64,000 bases of DNA, taken from Lama glama. Its lineage: Eukaryota. The translations under genes were made by a program, and so were the position numbers. Below, in pieces: positions 54,636-64,000 of this stretch (positions are counted from its first letter, which is position 1; every line of letters starts with the position of its first letter). The stretch is from contig CM052818.1 of assembly GCA_028534125.1 (NCBI GenBank), forward strand, positions 5,148,001 to 5,212,000, read 5' to 3'. The notes below the pieces were generated by a model. It was not told the DNA's origin. It was given only the letters and a program-made list of their open reading frames with translations, and ran no database searches.

Positions 54636-56719
54636 GAGGTGTGTGCTTTTGTGTGACTAGTAATAAAACGTATTCCCTTCCCCATAAATACACTGTACCA
54701 ACTCCCTGTCATGATACTAAAGATCTAGTAAGAAGGAACCAAATATTCATTCTGATCACCACACTCTTGCAAAAAGTTATTGGAAGACATTTCAAGATTA
54801 AAGGGTAAATGGGGGAAAACTATACATAAAAGGACCTAATCACACCCAAGACAGAGAAAGCCTTTAAGTGAGAGCACAGGAGATGGAAACAACAATACTG
54901 TCAGCATTCAGAACTTGTTACATTGAGACACAAACTGAAAGGCACAAACAAAATTCAAAAATATGGACAGTATTTATATTACTGAAGACACTTTATTCAA
55001 ACGTTGATCATTCCTCCTTGGAATAGTATTTATTTACTTAAATCATCAGTATATGTGGAATAGCTGGCAACCCAATTTTTGATGAAGTTTGTATAGAATT
55101 ATTATGCAGATAAAGGTTCACAGATGTATGCTTTATGTTGGCTAAAAGCATATTTGCATTTCATGCATTTTCTAATGGTATCTCCTATTGAAAGATCTTT
55201 TTTTCTCAAGGCAATATTTAGAAGTTATGTCATGCATTTAATAGAGACAAAAAAAATCAATAAGCTACTCAAATAATTTAATGTTCTCAGTCCTCCCAAT
55301 TCAGACCAAAGGCTGGAAGGAAAATCAAATAACACTGAAAAGGGTTATGATCAAATTCTTTTTTCCCCTCAATGTAAATATAAAGTCCAAGTCACACAGA
55401 GAGAAGTTCTAGTAGAGACAGATTGTAATGCGTGCAGGTCACCCTTCTGACTGCCAAAAGGAACAAGTAACTCTTTTGAAAAATGGAGGTCAGCTTGAAG
55501 AGATTATTTGTAACTAAATAAAGACTTAAAGCATACATTGAGGTGTCTCGTGGGATCAATTTTTTTTGAAAAAAGGAAAAGTAGGTAGCAGATTTTTTGA
55601 AGGTTGCTAGTAAAGCAGTGGGATGTTTCCTGGAACCACCATAACCAAGGCTTAATCACTATTTGGAATTAGAATAAGCAAACCCTATAAAGTTGCACAA
55701 TGCTTTATGGTTATCTTTGGGTTCGAAACTTTTATGTTTCTGAGTATATATATTGCAGGCAAGACTTAGGACCAAGGTCCCTTTCAGCTGCCTGCAAAAT
55801 TCAAGCAGGCTCACCTTGTGCTAGTATTGGCCTTTCCTTATCCACAACTAGCTCATGGAAATCGATAGACATCCAACAAAATGAGGCTATTAGTGAGAAT
55901 GTTCACTGCTGAACAGTCTTTGGATAGCAAATAACCAAGATTTCTCTAGTTTGCTTTAAAACCTGTCTGTACTATTTACCTTTTGGTAATGAGGCTAATG
56001 TACATCTAAAGTAGAAACCAGCCAAAATTGTTCTCTTAAGACCAAACACAGAATTTCTTTCAAGAAGAAAAGCGAACAAAACCTCTTTCAGTAAATAAAT
56101 ATAAGCATTTTTCAAAAAGTCATCAACAAAAATTTTATTAAGAAATATAGCAATTAAAATGAATTAATTTATTCTTTAAACTCTATTTATTGACTGCCTA
56201 CAATGTTTCAGGAATTATTCTAGGTGCTGTGGATACAGTGGCAAACACATTAAAAGCCTCTGCCCTCATGGAATTTGTGTTGGAAAGAAGGAAGGAAGGA
56301 AGGAAGGAAAGAAAATGTTATGTAGTGATAGATAACTATGGAAAATAAAGACAAAGAACTAGGTGGAGAAGGATACTCTCACCACTAATATTTATTTAAT
56401 GTTTAATTACAATCGTCTGAAACCATCCGTAAAGGTATAGATCTTACATGTTGACACAGTCCGAAGATGAATAGTAAAGGTAATATAACCATTATTTTTA
56501 TAAGCACTTGCTGAACTTGCCCAAATTTAATTATTGTTTATGTATCTAAAATTTATCAGCCAATAGTTACTAGATTTTTGTCCAAAGGAGATGAAGGCAA
56601 GATGCCAGGTGTCTAACGAAATAACCTTTATGGTGTTTACTGTCTGGCTTTTTCTATCTTGACAAAGTTAAAATGATGACAGATTTTTTTTCCAAACAGT
56701 TTAGTTTGAATGCTCTTCT

Positions 56720-58985
56720 TTAAAAAAAAATACTATGAAATATAACAGAGAGTGAAAAGTGCTTAGAACATAAATATTCAACTTAGCAAATTACTGAAAA
56801 ACAAACATCTTTGAGAACACTCACTCAAGAAACAGCTCACTGCTGCCCTCCCAGAAGTCCCACCATGTACCACGACCCCTTTACTCCTTGAGCTAATCAG
56901 TATCCTGACTTTCATGACCTCACTATGTAAGTAAAACTTCCTATCCAATAGAATTAGTTTTGTCTTAGTGTTATCAGACATTAAAAGTTTGCCATTCTGA
57001 TGACTATGGAGAAGACTGCATTAAATCTATAGAGCAATTTGAGGAGAACTGATATCATTAGAACACTGAGTTCATAAATCTGGTACATCTCTCAAATTCT
57101 TTTAACTTCTTTTCCATCCCTCAATAAAGTCTTATAGTTTTCCCTATAAATATTTTGCACATCTTACACTGGGATTATCTGAAGGTACTTTATATTCTTG
57201 ATGCTATTATAATTAGTATTATCTTATTTGATGTCTTTGAATTGTTGCTAGTATATAAAATGAAAATTGCTTTTTGTATACTAATATTGCATCCAGAGAA
57301 CTTGTGGACATTTTGTATAAATCATATTTTATCTTAAAATTCTTTTAGATTTTTTATGTACAACTAATATCTTTGGTGACAGTTTTCTTCATTCTTTTTA
57401 TCCTTAGGTATTCATGTGTTTTGTCTGTAGATATGTATGTATGTATCTATTGTCATCCTTTTCTCATCCCCAATTTCAAAGGGACTAGTAGGGGACGTTC
57501 ACACCCCACTTACGTCAATGTAGAAATCATCTGGACAGAAAATCAATATGACAAGAGTGGTCTTAAATGAAACAACAGACCAGTTGGACTTAACATCTAT
57601 AGGACATTCCAGCCAAAAACAGTAGAATACACATTCAGTTATTTCTGCTTTCAGTACACAGATCTCCACCAATACTGAAGCGCAAAGTGTTGGCCCTGGG
57701 TAGCTTCTTCTATTTCATTTTATGTCTCTCTTTGTTTCTCTGTCTCTGTGTTTCTTCTCTCTCTCTTTTATAGTATCCATCACTTTTTTCTCTACTTGAT
57801 AGAAAGGTAAAGTCTTGCCCATTTTATATTAATAAGAAATAAATCATTACTATCTAACATTCCTCCCAGCTCAGATGTCTGTGAGGACATACTGAATCCT
57901 GTTTAGAAACATTTCCTTTCTTCTTTCCTTCTTTCTTAATTGAAAACCTATTACACAGACCCAGGAGAGATGGGAAGACATCATCATAGCAGCCAGAGCC
58001 CATATATAAAGGGCACTCAGGCAAGGAGGCCCTCAGTAGAATCAGAAGTTTGCTACATACAAGGACTTGCACATGTAAATATTTATGTTGAGAATACTAG
58101 GAGTCAGGATTTTCACCATCGGAGACAGGAAATACAAATACAGAAAGGTCGAAAATTAGAATAAACCCTGTGGTTTTGTACTGGAAATGAAGAGGTTAGT
58201 ATAAACTCTACACAGTATGTCTAATTTCCTAGCACTTTCTACTCAGGGAGACTAAGGTAGTGACATTCCAGTAGCTACAGCACACTTATCACCCAGCTAC
58301 CAGTTTTTATTTACCATTATTCACTAGAGGAACTAGGACTCTTGGGAGAATGGCTGATTCCAGGGAAAAACACAATGGACTGAAATAGTTTTTTGTGTGT
58401 GTGCCAAAAAGTAAGGAAGGGCTTCAAATGACAGAATCGTGTCAAAAGAACACAGATACTAGCTTGAAGGAATTATCACTGGCCAAATCTGGGACCATTG
58501 AAGCATTACACTAAATATGTATAATAATGGACCATAATAATTGGAATAAAATAGGAATCTGCAAGTTTACATTGATATAGTACATAAATAGTTTCACCTT
58601 ACAATAAAATGTCTACTAATAAATGAGATCAATACAGTTATTTCAATTTTACAGATAAAGAAACCGAAGTGGCTTGGAGAAGTTAATCTATTTTCTCATT
58701 GTCACAGAACTAGTAAGTGTTATATTCAGCCCTAAATTCAAGTCTGCCTGACTCTTGAGTCCAAGTTCTTTTTTTCTTTTTTTTTAATTGAAGTACAGTC
58801 GATTTACAATGTGTTAATTTCTGTTGTACAGCATAGTGATTCAGTTATACACACACACACACACACATATATATACCACATATTTCTTTTCATATTATTT
58901 TCCATTCATTTCATTCAATGGCTCATAGGCCATTCTAAGGTACTGAATATAGTTCCCTGTGCTCCACAGTAGGACCTTGTTGTTA
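56720..58985. mobile_element. Cluster of old L1 fragments, a MIR (~58630-58770) and a minus-strand L1 3' end (~58770-58985)
   Basis: Recognisable L1 ORF2 and 3' UTR phrases plus MIR core (attttacagataaagaaaccgaag). Confidence 0.55.
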
Positions 58986-59299
58986 AATAGAATCCAGTAT
59001 CACCACAGGCTTCCTGTTGCTCGCGCTACTGGTGGTAGCCCTAAATACCTCTACAAAGGCCTCCCTGTCTGGCTGTGTTCCTTGCCTCAGACTTGGCCAC
59101 ATAGAGTCACCGGTGGATCTCAGACACCCGTGGTCCTCCTCCACTTCTGTGCTGAACCCGCTCTCCCTCAGAAGTCACAGCTTCCTCTGTTCACCTAACC
59201 TCATTCAATGCCCAACCCTACTGCTTGCCCACCTCAGATCTAGTGACTCTTCACATGACCTGATTCTCCAGGATGAACAAAACACCCAGGCTCCATCAA

Positions 59300-60500
59300 A
59301 ACTGCCACAAAAACATTCTAGGGGGTAAATAGTGTGGATAATAAGCATCAGCTCTGGCCAAAGTGTCTTCTTACCTCAATTACTCCTAGGCCACTGCATC
59401 CCTCTCATGTCCATTCTTCCCTTGGAAGCCCTGGTCACCTGCCAGACTATCCTGTCCCAACACATCTGCTCTCAACGGCCAGTTAACTGCCTTGTGAGAT
59501 GGGTTTGTGAAGCCCCAAACCATCATCCAGGTAATCAAGCCAAAGATCCATTTCATTGACCTCACCCTCCCCTACCTGGTCCCCTAATAGTTTTCCCATA
59601 ATAAGCTGAAAATTACCCCTCCTAAATGTGACCACTCACCTGGGCCCACATAGTATCCACCATGTCTTGAATGTCTCCACCAAGAATCTGCCTGTCTTAG
59701 ATTTCCAGACCTGTATGTTCAGCTGCTCAATTCATGCCTCCACTCACTGGTCTCAGAAACACCTTAGACGTGCAACATGCCCAAAACCAAACAAAGCTTT
59801 CGATATCCCTGGTGAATATCACTCCTACTATAATGTTCCCCATCTTTTAAACATTCTTTTGTTTGTTTGTTTGGAGCAGGGAGGTAATTAGATTTATTTA
59901 GTTACCTATTTATTTATTTTAATGGAAGTACTGGGAGTCGAACCCAGGACCTTGTGCATGCTAAGCATGCACTCTACCAGTTAGCTATACCCTCCTACCC
60001 TAACCTTACCCCTCTTGGATGATGGTGCTTCCATTCCTACAGGTGCTAAAAGCCAGGTGTCATTCCCGAATCCTGTGTTTCACTCTCTCTTCCTCCACAT
60101 TAGAGAATCTAGTTGCTCCCTTTTAGAACATGCATCTAGAATCCAACCACTTTTCCCAAGCCACCATTCTGGTCCATTAATCTTCACCTGGAGGTAGCAG
60201 TAGCCTGCACCCTAACCTTACTTTCTCCTCCTTCATCCACATCTGCAGCCAGATATAGACGGGTGAGATCATTTAAGATCTTCACCTTCCTCTGATAAAC
60301 CTCCAATTAACTCTAGAATAAACATCCATCTTCTCTTGCAGCCATTCCAGTCCTTACTCCTACATACCTGCTGTTCGTTCCAACGTGAAAGACGATTTGT
60401 GGTTTCCTGAACACTTCCGGCTCCTGGTATAGCCCTCCACACTTTTTTACATTGGTTGCCACAAACGGGAACACCTGTCTATATATAAAGCCTGAAATGG
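59300..60500 (+). mobile_element. Decayed L2 body
   Basis: C/T-rich; caacatgcccaaaaccaaac and tctagaatccaaccactttt are typical L2 phrases. Confidence 0.55.
59855..59995 (-). mobile_element. Camelid tRNA-derived SINE (Vic-1-like)
   Basis: Reverse complement of the same SINE (gtactgggagtcgaacccaggacc...gctataccctcc). Confidence 0.85.
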
Positions 60501-61039
60501 ACTCAAATCTGGGCTTGGTGTCTCTCCAAGGATCCCAGACCAAAGGTCAGGGAGAAGGGCACTTAAGACTCCTAGGGAAAAAACAACACAGAGAACATGT
60601 GGGCGGAGTTTGGGGCCAGTGAGGGTCTGGGACAGGCTCCCCTTCCCTGTGTGGGTCCCAGAAGCACTTCTGCAGCCACGGGAACCTGTACGAAGAGTGA
60701 AGCCCTGTAAGAATTTGCCCATGGTGGGGTTCCATGGTCTTATGCCTCCCTGTACCCTTGCTAGGTCCTGAAGCCAGGTAATCTCAAGCTGTCTGTCTAA
60801 CCTCTGTGCTTCAGGGCTCAGTGTTGTCTCTTACCAGCTGTGGGATCTTGAAAAAGTATTCAATCTCCTAAGGCCTCAATGTCTTTATAACTCCTCTCCA
60901 GTCTGTTCTTACTTTGAAAAGGCTTTGGGAGAGTTTTAAAACACAAACGCAGACTGTGTCCCCCTTTGTTCAAACCTCTCCATGGCTTCTAGAACCCTCA
61001 CAACGAAGGTACATTCCTGAGTCTGCCATTCCAGGCACG

Positions 61040-61690
61040 AGGCTGCCATTCCAGCCGCGGCTCCGCCTCACTCTGCAGCACAAGACCGACCCCAGGTTTC
61101 CCGAATCCTCCCAACTCAGGCCGACCTCTAAGCCTTTGTACCCGCGGGTCCCTCCACCTGTAAACCTCTCCCGTGCGCCATCACACGGTCAGAAATCGGG
61201 CCTCGCCGTCCTGGATACCGCGGCCTGGGCTGCAGGCACGTGAGCCGGGGCCCCCCAGTCGGGGCTTTCGTGTCTGGTGGGGTGAGGCTGGTGAGGGCCC
61301 GGAGGACAAGCGCTTACCTGAAGCGGGTCCCTCAGCGCGGCCACCTGGAGAGTCTGCAGGCGGACTGGGGCCGGGAGAGGAGGGGAGCCCTGGGCACGGC
61401 AGTCCCTGTCCCGGGCCTGGCGCGGGCGGCGTCGCGGAGCCTCACACCCGCCTCTGTGCGGTGGGAACAGATCTGCTCGGTCCCGTCACCTGGATCCCGA
61501 TCGAAGCTCAAGCCCCTGAGACCCGGTGAAGGCCCCTGAGAGCCGCCGCAATGACCGCCGGGAGGAGGGCGCCGGAAGTCCCGCCCCGAGGCGCTGCGCA
61601 CGCGCAGAAAACCGAGGGGCCAAGATCGTAACCTGTGCGTTCAGGCTTCTGTTTCTTCTCTTCTAGACCTCTCGGCCCGATGGCCGGCTT
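61040..61690 (-). promoter_or_regulatory. CpG-island promoter with ETS/GABP, GC-box and NRF1-like sites
   Basis: Only CpG-dense segment in the window; ccggaagt (61572-61579), cccgcccc (61580-61587) and tgcgcacgcgca (61595-61606) are clustered. Confidence 0.85.
61318..61580 (-). other. Putative first exon of an unidentified minus-strand transcript
   Basis: Consensus donor CAG|GTAAGC (intron starts at 61317) just downstream of the promoter motifs; no convincing ATG-initiated ORF. TSS position is inferred. Confidence 0.55.
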
Positions 61691-64000
61691 TCTCTGCAGT
61701 TCTGGCAACCAGCCCAGTAGCTGTAATCGCATAATGGAACTGAGTAACCTACCTTTCATCTTTTTCCGAAACCCTCCATCTCCTACTCGTTTCACCACCG
61801 TCCCAACCTCTGACACAAAAGCTGTGACTGTACATTCATACTCCTAACATTTCCGTGGTTTAGTTTTTGTTTTCAGGAGTTGGAATTGCTGTTGATGTGA
61901 TTTCTTCTTTAAGAACTCAGCTAAACAAAACTTTCTCTTTTTTTTTTGAGAGAGAGACAGAACTCAGCAGAGACCAAATTCATATCCTGTTCGCCCTTGG
62001 CTCCAACAGACTAGAACCAGCCAGAAACTCAGACGACAGACTGTATTTTGCAACAGACCCTTAGCTAGATTTGTATAAGACCAGATGTCAGCCAAATACA
62101 ACCTCTCCTCATATCTCCCATGCTAGAACTTTCCTTTCTAATTACAGTAAAAGGTTTGCAGGCATAGAAATATTAAAAGTAAAATTAGACTTGTTCAAAA
62201 CAGGTTCACTCTTGAAACAGGGCAAATTAGATATAGTCTGGGTTTTTAATACCATTTAACTGGCTGGCTAGCTAAGACTTGACTCCCACACAGAACAATA
62301 GCACTAAGATTTAAGAAAAGTTAGATCACATGATCCTTAAAACCACCAATTGACGCACAGCCACATGCCCTTCCCCATGCCACAACTTGGCAATAGTTTG
62401 TATTGTTCATGCTCTGAAATACTGAAATTTGAAGCCAAATACATGAGAGAATTAGTCATGGACTTTGTTCCTCTTTGACTGCATACGTTAAGTAAATCTC
62501 TGAGTGTTAATAATCACAATTATGGGTCTTGGTACACAACTCCAAAGATACAGTATCATATAGCCCAGGTTTATAACATTACAAGGTAGAATTCTTAGCC
62601 AATATCCATGGACTGGATTCAGAAACTGCAGGGTACTGGACACTTAGGAACTTGCCAGTTTCCCCTTCCTCCATCCTTCTTTTCAGCCACATAATAGATG
62701 ATGCTTGAAGGAAGAAAATGGGTATCATTTAGTGTAAAACCAAAATAACTACAATGCAAGTGAAGTGTATACCAAAAATCAAATATAATGCTTCCACAGA
62801 AGGTCCAATTTGAATGTAAGTGATGCATAAATTAAAATGTAAACTTTCTTTATGGGTTAAATAGAAACCTTTGGCCTTTAATCAGAACCTGAATGCTGGA
62901 AAGTAGCTATTTTCAATATCTATGACTTATAAATTAAGATGATATTCTTTCTTCACACCTGACAGGCTGGTTGCAGATGAGACCTAGGTCATGGTTTCTG
63001 TCTCTTCTTGTGTATGTTTGTCTCCTGAGAGGATGCTTTTGTTTAAAAAAAAGATTCACCCGAGTACCTTTTGAAGATCTTATACACTTTATTATACCAT
63101 TTATGAATCAGGTAGTATCCAATCCAGAAAATAGAAAGGAGCTCTAAGGAGCTGTACAAAAATGAAAGGCTTTGATAGGCAGAATGGAGCAGGAACAGGG
63201 AAGTTACACTAGGCAAAAAGTGGATTGGTTGTGGCAAGGTAGCTCCATTGTTATTACCAAAAATACAAAACTAAAGCTCAAACTAAAACAAAACAACCAA
63301 AATCTCCAGTAATGAAGAATGATTAGTTAAATAAATTATGGCAAGTTCAAATGATATAAAACTATCCAAGTGTAAAACAGAATGAGTTATTTATGTGCAC
63401 TGAAATCGAAGGATTTCCTCAATGAGTCCTAGGTGAAAAAAACTGAATGTATTTATTATTTGGGTACATAAATACTTAACGTTATGTGAAAATGTATGAG
63501 CGTATGTTGGCCAAAAATATGTGAAAGATACAGAAGAAACTGGGATGAGTGCTTGCCACTGGGAAGGGGCACCAGGAAACTTACTTTTCATTATTTTGAG
63601 TTTTTGGAATTAGGTACCACTTACATGTTTTACCTATCCATAATTACAGTTCTTTAAAAAAATGTACCAGTCATGAGACAGAACATGAGTCTGTTGAGGC
63701 AATCTGTTCATACCCTCTCCCTTCAGTTGAGTTATTTTGTATTGGGAACATTTGTTGCTTAAAATATATTCAAATTACACTATAATCCAATATTGAAAGG
63801 CAAGATGATTGTATTAACAAAACAAAAATAGGCATAAGACAGTTAAGACAATTAAAACCAATGAGAAATTGCCAAATCCTCTGAAACAGAACATAGGGTG
63901 TCCCAAGGTGGAGAGTTTGGTGTGACTGAGAGAAATTTCACAAAGAACAATCACTTCCATACTCAACAACTATCTCCCCAAAGCTTCTGATTGATAGTCA

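Noticed and set aside
42436..55905. Minus-strand donor-like sites at 55814, 50136, ~45565 and 42825 with short open frames, and the 166-aa ORF at 42436-42936
   Set aside because: Acceptors are weak or absent, peptides are unrecognised and no consistent gene model can be built.
60914..61847. Overlapping ORFs in the CpG island
   Set aside because: Expected from GC-rich, stop-poor sequence; no recognisable protein.

Overview
Mammalian genomic DNA, probably camelid (three tRNA-derived Vic-1-like SINEs). It is repeat-rich, mostly intronic or intergenic, has one 500-N gap and contains no intact protein-coding gene I can name. A CpG-island promoter at about 61.0-61.7 kb appears to start a minus-strand spliced transcript of unknown identity. 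The main finding is a heavily decayed endogenous bornavirus-like element of about 5.9 kb on the minus strand (about 33.5 to 27.6 kb). Manual translation shows collinear remnants of glycoprotein G, matrix M and polymerase L in the order G-M-L, the Carbovirus/Cultervirus order rather than the Orthobornavirus M-G-L order. The element is interrupted by an L2 fragment, a MER112-like fragment, an ERV1-type solo LTR and a camelid SINE, which points to a very old integration. A near-full-length old L1 abuts its 5' end. All viral and repeat assignments are by eye against BoDV-1 proteins and repeat consensus sequences recalled from memory; no search was run, and boundaries are approximate.
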